Of a DNA stretch of 64,000 nucleotides, positions 1 to 7,481 are shown piece after piece. Position 1 is the stretch's first letter. Each line of letters starts with the position of its first letter. The DNA is from Alphaproteobacteria bacterium (lineage in GTDB: Bacteria; Pseudomonadota; Alphaproteobacteria; Bin95), in assembly GCA_963665325.3 (NCBI GenBank), contig OZ224045.1:288001-352000 (forward strand). Direction: 5' to 3'. A program made the position numbers and the translations under genes. The notes under the pieces are model-generated. The model was given only the letters and a program-made list of their open reading frames with translations. It ran no database searches and was not told where the DNA came from.

Positions 1-943
1 CCGGCCATGGCGCGGCCCTGGCCTCCTCATAGGCGGCTTGCATCTCCGCGACCGCAGCCTCGCGGTGGCCGGCAAGCGTCTCATCGCCTATGCCGTGGGT
101 CCGCAAACTCGCCGCTGCGCGGGCGACCGGGTCGTCCTTCCAGCGCTCCTCGACTTCCCCGGCGTCGCGGTAGGCGGCCTTGTCCACGGCCGTGTGGCCG
201 GTCAGCCGCCAGGTCTTCGCCCAGAGGAATTGCGGCCCGCCGCCCTCCAGGATTCGCTCACGCAATTCCGTCGTCACTTCCGCCACACGGTCCACATCGT
301 TGCCGTCCACGGCACGCGAGGGAATGCCCAAGGACTCGGCGCGCGCCGCCGGTCCGGGGCCTCCCGTCATCGCCTCCGTTCGCGTCGTCGCGGCGAAGGC
401 ATTGTCCTCGCACACGAACAGCACAGGCAGGTCGAACACCCGCGCCCAGTTCAAGCCTTCCAGGAAGGGCCCGCGATTGACCGCGCCGTCGCCGAAGATG
501 CAGCAGACGATGCGCCGTTCGCCGCGCAGCCGGATGGCATGGGCCGCGCCGGCGGCGATGTTGATATTCGCTCCGACGACCCCGTTGGCGCCGAGCATCC
601 CGACCGAGAAGTCGGCAATGTGCATGGAGCCGCCCTTGCCGCCACAATTGCCGCCGTCCCGCCCGAAAAGCTCGCGCATCATGGCGATGGCCGACGCGCC
701 CTTCTCCAGCGTGTGACCGTGTCCGCGATGGGTACTTAGCAGCAGGTCATCCCGCGCGAGGCTGCCGACCACACCTACCGCGCAAGCCTCCTGGCCGATG
801 GAGGGATGGATAGCGCCCAGCACCAGCCCTTCCTCCAGCGCGGCGACGGCCTGCTCCTCGAAGGCCCGGATGCGGTGCATCCGCCGATGCCGGTCCGCCA
901 GCCGTTCGAGATCGAGATCGAGATTGGGCCGCAGGCCGCTCAT
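1..943 (-). CDS. TPP-dependent dehydrogenase E1 alpha subunit (acetoin/pyruvate dehydrogenase family), 3' end truncated by window edge
   Basis: Hand translation from ATG 943: MSGLRPNLDLDLERLADRHRRMHRIRAFEEQ...STHRGHGH...GGKGGSMHIADFSVGMLGANGVVG...FGDGAVNRGPFLEGLNWA...EDN (TPP motif GDGA...N). Absent from the ORF track because it runs off the edge. Confidence 0.9.
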   Translation of the reverse strand, partial: MSGLRPNLDLDLERLADRHRRMHRIRAFEEQAVAALEEGLVLGAIHPSIGQEACAVGVVGSLARDDLLLSTHRGHGHTLEKGASAIAMMRELFGRDGGNCGGKGGSMHIADFSVGMLGANGVVGANINIAAGAAHAIRLRGERRIVCCIFGDGAVNRGPFLEGLNWARVFDLPVLFVCEDNAFAATTRTEAMTGGPGPAARAESLGIPSRAVDGNDVDRVAEVTTELRERILEGGGPQFLWAKTWRLTGHTAVDKAAYRDAGEVEERWKDDPVARAAASLRTHGIGDETLAGHREAAVAEMQAAYEEARAAPWP

Positions 944-964
944 GGCCGACCGTCCCCCCGGAAA

Positions 965-992
965 TTGTCATGAAATGTCATGTTTTGTCATG
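965..992. repeat. Three direct repeats of TGTCATG at 10-bp period
   Basis: ttgtcatg-aa-atgtcatg-tt-ttgtcatg, about 20-50 bp upstream of the E1-alpha start. Confidence 0.85.
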
Positions 993-1260
993 TTCCGCTG
1001 TTGCGGCGGCCTTTCCTCCATCGCGTTTCGTTCCCTCCGCGCTCCTGCTCGCCGGGCCGGGACGCGGACCCTGTTCCGCGCGTATCGCGTGCGCGCCCGG
1101 GCGCGCGTGTCGCGCCGGCGCGGTTCGCGCACCTGATTGCGCCCGCGCGCGAGGCGAACGCAGGACACACTTCTCCCCTCCGTTTCTTCGGGGTTTTTTC
1201 GCGGCGGCGCGAAAGGGAAGGAAGCGGTCCGCGCGGATGCCACTTCCTCTCTCGCTGCCC

Positions 1261-1289
1261 AATATTGGCACGAATGTTCCTGGAGTCAA
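1261..1289 (-). promoter_or_regulatory. Putative sigma70 promoter overlapping a 10-bp palindrome
   Basis: Minus strand TTGACT-N17-AATATT; palindrome CCAATATTGG at 1259-1268. Confidence 0.5.
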
Positions 1290-1343
1290 GCCCATGAAGG
1301 AATTAAATCTGAATTTGTGAACGAACAGCCTGCACGGCCCCCT

Positions 1344-1376
1344 CCGTCATGCCCGGAAAAAGTTCGGGCATGACGG
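1344..1376. terminator. 12-bp stem hairpin (terminator or REP-like) downstream of the acyl-CoA dehydrogenase
   Basis: CCGTCATGCCCG-gaaaaagtt-CGGGCATGACGG. Confidence 0.65.
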
Positions 1377-1410
1377 GAAGACGGCCGGGGCAATAGATGC
1401 GGGGGCCGGT

Positions 1411-2592
1411 TCAAAGACCCAGGACCCGCTTCGAGATGATGTTGCGCTGGATCTCGTTGGAGCCGGCGAAGATCGTGTGCTTGCGGTCGTTGAAATATTT
1501 CGCGGCAAGCGCGTTGGCGTAATCGGGACCGACGGGCTCCTCGTTCCAGCCATGCTCCATGGCCTCGATCTGGTAGGGATTGGCGTCGTAGGCCGCGGCT
1601 TCCATCTTGAGCTCGGAGAGGCGCTGCTGGATTTCGGTCCGGCGGATCTTGATCATCGACGATTCGGCGCCGATCTCCTTGTCCGCCGAAACGGCGGCGA
1701 GCATGCGGAGCATCTGCATCTCCAGCGTCTGGAGCTCGATCTCGACCTCCGCGACCTTGCGCATGAAGGTCCCGTCGCGGTCCAGCCCCTGGTCCGCCGC
1801 GATCTCCTTGAGCGAGCGCAGCCCGTTCTTCTGGGAGCCGAGCGCGCCGCCGCCCATGCGCTCGTGGCCCAGCAGGTATTTGGCGATCGTCCAGCCCTGG
1901 TCCACCTCGCCGACAAGGTTCTCGCGCGGCACGACAACGTCGGTGAAGAACACCTCGTTGACCTCATGCAGCCCCTCGAGGGTGATGAGCGGCTTCACCT
2001 CGATGCCGGGCGTGGCCATGTCGATCAGGACGAAGGAGATGCCCTCCTGCCGCTTGCCGGCGCTGGAGGTGCGCACGAGGCAGAAGATCCAGTTCGCCCA
2101 GTGGGCGGCGGTGGTCCAGATCTTCTGGCCGTTGATGACGAGGCGGTCGTCATGCACCACGCAGCGGGTCTTGAGTGCGGCGAGGTCGGAGCCGGCGCCT
2201 GGCTCGGAATAGCCCTGGCAGTAGATGCGCTCGCCGGAGAGGATGCGCGGCAGGTTGTCCCGCTTCTGCTCCTCGGTGCCGAAGGCCATCAGCACCGGTC
2301 CGCACATGGAGAGGCCGAAGGGGATCGGGCGGGGCGCGTTGGCGAGCGCCTGCTCCTCGTCCCAGATGTATTTCTGCGTCACCGTCCAGCCAGGCCCGCC
2401 CCATTCCTCGGGCCAGTTGGGCGCGATCCACCCCTTGTCGTACAGTTCCCGGTGCCAGGCCATCACCTCATCGAGCGTCGGCTGTATGCCGAGCCCGACC
2501 TTGCGCGCCACATCGCCCGGCAGCGTCTCGGCCAGGAAGGAACGGCACTCGTCGCGAAAGGCTTCGTCTTCGGGGGCGAAATTGAGGTCCAT
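1411..2592 (-). CDS. Acyl-CoA dehydrogenase (PimC/FadE-like large subunit)
   Basis: CQGYSEPGAGSDLA, NGQKIWTT, LLGHER, TIFAGSNEIQRNII. Confidence 0.92.
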   Translation of the reverse strand: MDLNFAPEDEAFRDECRSFLAETLPGDVARKVGLGIQPTLDEVMAWHRELYDKGWIAPNWPEEWGGPGWTVTQKYIWDEEQALANAPRPIPFGLSMCGPVLMAFGTEEQKRDNLPRILSGERIYCQGYSEPGAGSDLAALKTRCVVHDDRLVINGQKIWTTAAHWANWIFCLVRTSSAGKRQEGISFVLIDMATPGIEVKPLITLEGLHEVNEVFFTDVVVPRENLVGEVDQGWTIAKYLLGHERMGGGALGSQKNGLRSLKEIAADQGLDRDGTFMRKVAEVEIELQTLEMQMLRMLAAVSADKEIGAESSMIKIRRTEIQQRLSELKMEAAAYDANPYQIEAMEHGWNEEPVGPDYANALAAKYFNDRKHTIFAGSNEIQRNIISKRVLGL

Positions 2593-2627
2593 CAGGCAGC
2601 GTCCCGGCTCACGTCGAACTCGCCCGA

Positions 2628-2656
2628 ACGCTATGGCCCCCCGCCCCGGATTGCAA
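2628..2656 (-). promoter_or_regulatory. Putative sigma70 promoter of the acyl-CoA dehydrogenase
   Basis: TTGCAA-N17-TAGCGT. Confidence 0.5.
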
Positions 2657-2674
2657 GGCGGCGGGGGCGGACGC

Positions 2675-3616
2675 CTACCCCTTGCGGGAGAAGCGGCCTC
2701 GGGAGGCTTCGTAGGCGCCGAAGAGGGCGAGGGCGAGGGCCAGCGGCATGAGGAAATAGATGACGCGGTAGGTGATGATGCCTGCCGCCACGACGTGGGT
2801 CGGGACGGTTTCGGGCATCAGCACCAGCAGCACGGTCTCGAACACGCCGAGCCCGCCCGGCACATGGCTGATATAGCCGGCCATGTAGGCCAGCACATAG
2901 ACGGCGACGAAATGCCAGTAGGGCATGCCGAAGTCCGGCGGCAGCACGAGATAGAGTACGGCGCTGGTGAACACCCATTCGAGGATGCCGACGCAGAACT
3001 GGATCAGCCCGTGCCTGATTTTCGGCGGCGTCACCTCGCGCTCACCGACGCGGACGACCGGCTTGCCGCGGAGGCACCACAGGACATAGAGCGCACCGCA
3101 CAGCACCCAGACGGCTGCAACGGCGCGGATGAAGCCGGTGTCGAGTTCCAGCGCATCGGCAAGCGCCGCCGCATTGGAGAGCGTCAGCAGGCCGCCCACG
3201 GAGAGAGCGCAGAGGTAATAGACAATGCCGGCATAGAGGACGACGCGGGCAACGTCGCCGGGGGGAACGTCCCAGTCCGTATAGAACCGGAAGCGGACCG
3301 CGCCGCCGGTCAGCGCGCCGAAACCGAGATTATGGCTGAAGGCGTAGGAAATTGAGGAGACGAAAGCGACCCGGCCGAACGGCATGCGCCGCCCGATATA
3401 GCGGAAGGCCGTGTGGTCGTAGGCCGCCAGCACGAGATAGGCGGCAAAGGTTGCCGCCACGGCCGCCAAGATTCGCAGCAGCGGGATCGCTTCGAGCTGG
3501 CGGCCGAGCTCGTCCCACCGGAGGTCGCGCAACTGCCAGGTCAGCGCCCAGACGGCGGCGGCGAACACCGCTATCGCGGCGCAGACGACGATATATTGCC
3601 AGAAGCGTTTCTGCAC
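2675..3616 (-). CDS. Lysylphosphatidylglycerol synthase TM-domain (MprF N-terminal/UPF0104) membrane protein
   Basis: Polytopic; SHNLGFGALTGGAVRFRFY, SHVPGGLGVFE and YRVIYFLMPL motifs; no cytosolic aminoacyl-transferase domain. Confidence 0.8.
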   Translation of the reverse strand: MQKRFWQYIVVCAAIAVFAAAVWALTWQLRDLRWDELGRQLEAIPLLRILAAVAATFAAYLVLAAYDHTAFRYIGRRMPFGRVAFVSSISYAFSHNLGFGALTGGAVRFRFYTDWDVPPGDVARVVLYAGIVYYLCALSVGGLLTLSNAAALADALELDTGFIRAVAAVWVLCGALYVLWCLRGKPVVRVGEREVTPPKIRHGLIQFCVGILEWVFTSAVLYLVLPPDFGMPYWHFVAVYVLAYMAGYISHVPGGLGVFETVLLVLMPETVPTHVVAAGIITYRVIYFLMPLALALALFGAYEASRGRFSRKG

Positions 3617-3623
3617 CGCGCCT

Positions 3624-4031
3624 TCAGCCGGCCGGGCGGAACTTCGGGATCGTCAGCTCTTCCGAGACCTTGTCGAAGAACGCCTCGACCTGCTGGCCGA
3701 TATGGACCGCCCCGATATCGTCGGTCACAAGGTTGCTCACGATGCGGGCGCCCTCGTCCAACGTCACGCAGGCCACGACATAGGGCGTCTCGTCCCGGAA
3801 TGCCGGACCTGCCGGCGCATGGCAGACGGTGAAAGAATAAACGGTCCCGGCTCCCGTTGCTTCGATCCACTGGATATCGGTCTCGTCGGCGCCCGGCGCA
3901 AGGCGGCGCGAATAAAGGAAGCAGCGGCCGGTCCTGCCGCAACGCTGGATCATCAGGCGGCCTTCGCGGGCGCCGCTCCAGTAGGGTTCCGACTCGGCAT
4001 CGACGGCAGGCACCGGCTTCTCGTAGGTCAT
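3624..4031 (-). CDS. DUF35 (Zn-ribbon/OB-fold) acyl-CoA-binding protein
   Basis: Start MTYEKPVP at 4031; PYWSGAREGRLMIQRC, GTVYSFTV, PYVVACVTLDEG; follows the thiolase. Confidence 0.88.
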   Translation of the reverse strand: MTYEKPVPAVDAESEPYWSGAREGRLMIQRCGRTGRCFLYSRRLAPGADETDIQWIEATGAGTVYSFTVCHAPAGPAFRDETPYVVACVTLDEGARIVSNLVTDDIGAVHIGQQVEAFFDKVSEELTIPKFRPAG

Positions 4032-4041
4032 GGCCGGGACT

Positions 4042-5220
4042 CTAGTCTTTCTCGGTTGAGAGGATGAGCGTTGCGCCGGAGGACAACACGCCGCCCGTGC
4101 CGTGGCACACGGCCGTGCGGACGTCCTCGACCTGCCGGTCGCCCGCAAGGCCCCAAAGCTGACGGGACGCCTCGATGATGGTGAACAGCCCGTACATGCC
4201 CGGATGGCAATAGGACAGCCCGCCGCCATTGGTGTTCACCGGGAACGAGCCGCCCGGTCCGGTCCGCCCGCCCTTCACGAAGTCCTTGCCCTCGCCATAG
4301 CCGCACAGGCCCAGCGCCTCCAGCGTCATCAGCACGGTAATGGTGAAGCTGTCGTAGAGCATGGCGAGGTCCATCCGGGCCGGGCCGCGCCCCGCCATGG
4401 CGTAGGCGGCCCGCGAGGAATGCTCGGCGACCTCGAGTTTCGCCATGTCCGGCATATGCGCGATGCTCGTGTGCGAGGCGGACGCGCCGTGTCCCAGCAC
4501 ATGGATCGCCGGCATGCGCAGGTCGCGCGCGCGCTCTTCCGTTGTCATCACCACGGCCCCGCCGCCATCGGTGACGAGGCAGCAGTCGTAGCGGCCGAGC
4601 GGCGAGGCGATCGTGCGCGCGCCCAGCACATCGTCCACCGTCATCGGGTCGCGGAATGCGGCGGCAGGGTTGAGCGCTGCCCAGGCGCGGGTCGCCACCG
4701 CGATTTCGGCGAGCGTCTCCCGCGTCGAGCCATAGACATGGGCGTGGCGGTGGGCCGCCATCGCATAGGCGCCGGCCGGCAGGGGCAACCCGGCTGGAAT
4801 ATCCCACTGGTTCGAGAACATCGCCGGCCGTCCGCCCAGCGCCCGCGCCGCCTGGCTCTTCTGGAGCGAGCCGTAGACGATCAACACCGTCTCCGCCTGT
4901 CCGGCGCGGATCGCCTCCGCAGCCCGGCCCGCATGCAACACGAAGGCCGCACCACCGACATTGGTGCCGTCGAGATAGCGCGGCCATTCGAGGCCGAGAT
5001 ATTCGGTCAACAGCACCGGCTGCATGGCGCCCGGCCCCGGCATGCCCCACATGCCGGCGACCGCGAGGCCGTCCACATCGCGGATTGTCAGCCCTGCCTG
5101 GGCAAGCGCCTCATGGGCGGCATCCCGCTGTATGGAAAGCACGGTTGCGCCCGGCAGCGCGCGTCCCCGGTCATGGGTCGGCGCGTCGGCAACGCCGACA
5201 ACGACCGGTCGGCGGCTCAT
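4042..5220 (-). CDS. SCP-x/Ltp2-type thiolase-fold protein
   Basis: DCCLVTDGGGA, LYDSFT, VNTNGGGLSYCHPG, QVED..AVCHGTGG. Confidence 0.88.
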   Translation of the reverse strand: MSRRPVVVGVADAPTHDRGRALPGATVLSIQRDAAHEALAQAGLTIRDVDGLAVAGMWGMPGPGAMQPVLLTEYLGLEWPRYLDGTNVGGAAFVLHAGRAAEAIRAGQAETVLIVYGSLQKSQAARALGGRPAMFSNQWDIPAGLPLPAGAYAMAAHRHAHVYGSTRETLAEIAVATRAWAALNPAAAFRDPMTVDDVLGARTIASPLGRYDCCLVTDGGGAVVMTTEERARDLRMPAIHVLGHGASASHTSIAHMPDMAKLEVAEHSSRAAYAMAGRGPARMDLAMLYDSFTITVLMTLEALGLCGYGEGKDFVKGGRTGPGGSFPVNTNGGGLSYCHPGMYGLFTIIEASRQLWGLAGDRQVEDVRTAVCHGTGGVLSSGATLILSTEKD

Positions 5221-7337
5221 GCTTCGGCGTTCTCCCGGACGGCGATCAGCGCGTCCACGGCAAGTGCGCCCTCCCCTTTCGGCAGCACGATGAAGGGATT
5301 GACGTCGATCGTCTCCAGCACATCGGCATTGGCGGCTGCAAACGCCGAGAGCCGGGCAAGCGCCTCGACAAGCGCATCTTCATCCGCCGGCGGCGCCCCG
5401 CGCACACCTTCCAGCATCGGATAGCCGCGCACTTCCCGGATCATCCTGCGCGCTTCATCCACGCCGAACGGCGCGATGCGGAAGGTCACGTCCTTCAGCA
5501 CCTCGACGAAAATGCCGCCGAGCCCGAACATCACAACCGGGCCGAACACCGGATCGCGAACGACTCCGAGAATCGTCTCGACGCCGCCGGAGACCATGGG
5601 CGCGACCAGAACGCCGTCGATCCGCGCATCCGGCGCATGCGCTTCAGCGCGCGTAAGCAGGTCACGGTAGGCCGTCTCCGCCGCCTCCCGCGACGCGACA
5701 TTGAGGATGACGCCGCCGATCTCGGACTTGTGGAGAATGTCCGGCGATACGATCTTCATGACCACCGGGAAACCCGCCGCTTCAGCGGCCTCGGCCGCTT
5801 CGCCGGCAGACCCCACGATCCTCTCCGGCACCGCCGGCACACCGGCAGCCGCCAGAATTCGCTTGCCCTCGACTTCGTTGATGTCGGTCCCGGCGGCAAG
5901 TTTCGGCGTATCCGCCGGCACGTCGGGCGGCGGCGCGCCCGCTCCCCGCTTCAAGGCTTCGGAATACCGCACCAGAACCCCGAGCGCATGGATCGCCCGG
6001 CTCGGATCCTCGTAACAAAGATAGCCCATCGCCTGAAGCCTGGCGCGGCGCTCGGGCGTGGTCAGGATAGCGAGCATGTGCAGATGGTCGGGGAATCGTT
6101 GCCGCACCGCGTCCAGGCTCGGCTCCAGTTCCTTCATCATCAACGGGTTCAGGCCGACGCCGGCCATGAAGCACACAGCGCTCGCATAGTCGCCGTCATC
6201 CAGAAGGGCCCCGTACATCGTTTCCATCAATGTCGCGTTATTGATGAACTGCGCCGTCACATCCAGCGGGTTACGGGTGCCGGCGAACGGCACCAGCGCC
6301 TTCATCCGTTCCTGCGTGGCATCCGGCAGCGCCGGCAGTTCGAGGCCGGCATCGTCGGCAGCATCCGCCATGATGACGCCGACACCGCCGGAGACAGTGA
6401 CGATGCCGGTCCTTGCGCTCCTCGGCAGCTGGCCGCCGGCGAAGGCGTAACCGACATCGAACATCTCGTCGATGCTGTGGGGACGATAGACGTTGTACTG
6501 GCGGAGCAGCGCATCGAAGACGGCATCGGAGCCTGTCAGCGAAGCGGTATGCGAGGCTGCAGCCGCCGTGCCGACCTCCGAGCGTCCGACCTTCATCAGC
6601 ACCACCGGCTTTTCGGCCGCGCGGGCGATCTCCAGGGCCTCGATCAGCTTTTCCGCGTCCTGCACACCTTCCATGTAGCCGAGCACGACGCTGGTGCCGG
6701 GATCCTGCGCCATATAGGCAAGGCAGTCCGAGAACTCGACATCGCACTGGTTGCCCATGGTTGCCCAGAGGTTGAGCCCAAGGCCGCGTTCGCGGGCGAG
6801 CGTGAAGCAATGGCCCCCGAATGCGCCGGATTGGGCCGCAACGGAAATCGTGCCGTTCTCGGGCCCCGTGTCGCCGATGGCGGAGATGAAGGTGGCGATC
6901 ATGCCGGTGCCGGTGTTCATCACGCCCATGCAATTGGGCCCCATGATCCTGAGCCCGCCCTCGGCGCCGAGATCGGCCAGGCGGCGCTGCGCGCGCGCGC
7001 CTTCGTCCGATATTTCCGCAAAGCCGGATGACAGCACGATGGCCGCCTTGACCCCCTTTTCGATGCACGCCTGCACGGCCGGTTCCACGTGCGGCATCGG
7101 CACGACGATTACCGCCATATCGACAGCGCCCGGAATGTCGCCAATGGCGGGGAAGGCTGGCAGGCCCTGGATCTCGGCAGCACCCGGGTTGACCGGAAAC
7201 ACCTTGCCGCCATAGCCCGAGATTTTCATGTTGTGGACCGGTCGACCGCCGATCTTCGCGAAGTTCGACGAGGCGCCGACAATGGCCACCGACCTTGGAT
7301 TGAAGAACGCGTCGAGCGTGTCGATGCGGATGGTCAT
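5217..7337 (-). CDS. ADP-forming acyl-CoA synthetase (acetate--CoA ligase family, fused alpha/beta)
   Basis: PRSVAIVGAS, GPNCMG, QSGAFG, ASHTASL phospho-His motif, NPLDVT, ATP-grasp HKSEIGGV. Confidence 0.92.
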   Translation of the reverse strand: MTIRIDTLDAFFNPRSVAIVGASSNFAKIGGRPVHNMKISGYGGKVFPVNPGAAEIQGLPAFPAIGDIPGAVDMAVIVVPMPHVEPAVQACIEKGVKAAIVLSSGFAEISDEGARAQRRLADLGAEGGLRIMGPNCMGVMNTGTGMIATFISAIGDTGPENGTISVAAQSGAFGGHCFTLARERGLGLNLWATMGNQCDVEFSDCLAYMAQDPGTSVVLGYMEGVQDAEKLIEALEIARAAEKPVVLMKVGRSEVGTAAAASHTASLTGSDAVFDALLRQYNVYRPHSIDEMFDVGYAFAGGQLPRSARTGIVTVSGGVGVIMADAADDAGLELPALPDATQERMKALVPFAGTRNPLDVTAQFINNATLMETMYGALLDDGDYASAVCFMAGVGLNPLMMKELEPSLDAVRQRFPDHLHMLAILTTPERRARLQAMGYLCYEDPSRAIHALGVLVRYSEALKRGAGAPPPDVPADTPKLAAGTDINEVEGKRILAAAGVPAVPERIVGSAGEAAEAAEAAGFPVVMKIVSPDILHKSEIGGVILNVASREAAETAYRDLLTRAEAHAPDARIDGVLVAPMVSGGVETILGVVRDPVFGPVVMFGLGGIFVEVLKDVTFRIAPFGVDEARRMIREVRGYPMLEGVRGAPPADEDALVEALARLSAFAAANADVLETIDVNPFIVLPKGEGALAVDALIAVRENAEA

Positions 7338-7376
7338 GCCGGCTTCCCCCCTCGGGCCTCGAACCTGCGGCGGCGC

Positions 7377-7405
7377 ACGCTAGAACAGCAGGAGTCCCGC
7401 TTCAA
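7377..7405 (-). promoter_or_regulatory. Putative sigma70 promoter of the synthetase-thiolase-DUF35-membrane protein unit
   Basis: TTGAAG-N17-TAGCGT. Confidence 0.5.
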
Positions 7406-7481
7406 GGAGGGGCCCCGACAGCTCCGCGCTCACCCGCAGCGCCCTTGTGCCCGGCATCCGCCGGAGGTCGAACGCTTTCCT

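Noticed and set aside
905-923. Short (TCGAGA)x3 repeat
   Set aside because: Encodes LDLDLE in the E1-alpha N-terminus; in frame and too short to imply phase variation
1266-1281. Sigma54-like TGGCAC-N5-TTCC on the plus strand
   Set aside because: The -12 GC is replaced by CC, and no credible plus-strand gene lies downstream
1300-1326. GAAT-N7-GAAT and GAAC copies resembling the alphaproteobacterial LexA box
   Set aside because: Both half-sites deviate from GAAC-N7-GAAC; too weak to call
747-1373. Several overlapping short ORFs (MKCHVLSC..., MFCHVP..., MASART...)
   Set aside because: Arg/Ala/Pro-rich, no RBS, no recognisable domain; they arise from the repeats and high GC
2675-3616. Full MprF (lysyl-phosphatidylglycerol synthase)
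   Set aside because: Only the membrane domain is present; there is no tRNA-dependent transferase domain
5085-7031. Long antisense ORFs (also 15614-17755, 29800-31488, 38608-40413, 40043-42394, 48726-50435, 62117-63922)
   Set aside because: Shadow frames of well-supported genes, expected with high GC3; no motifs
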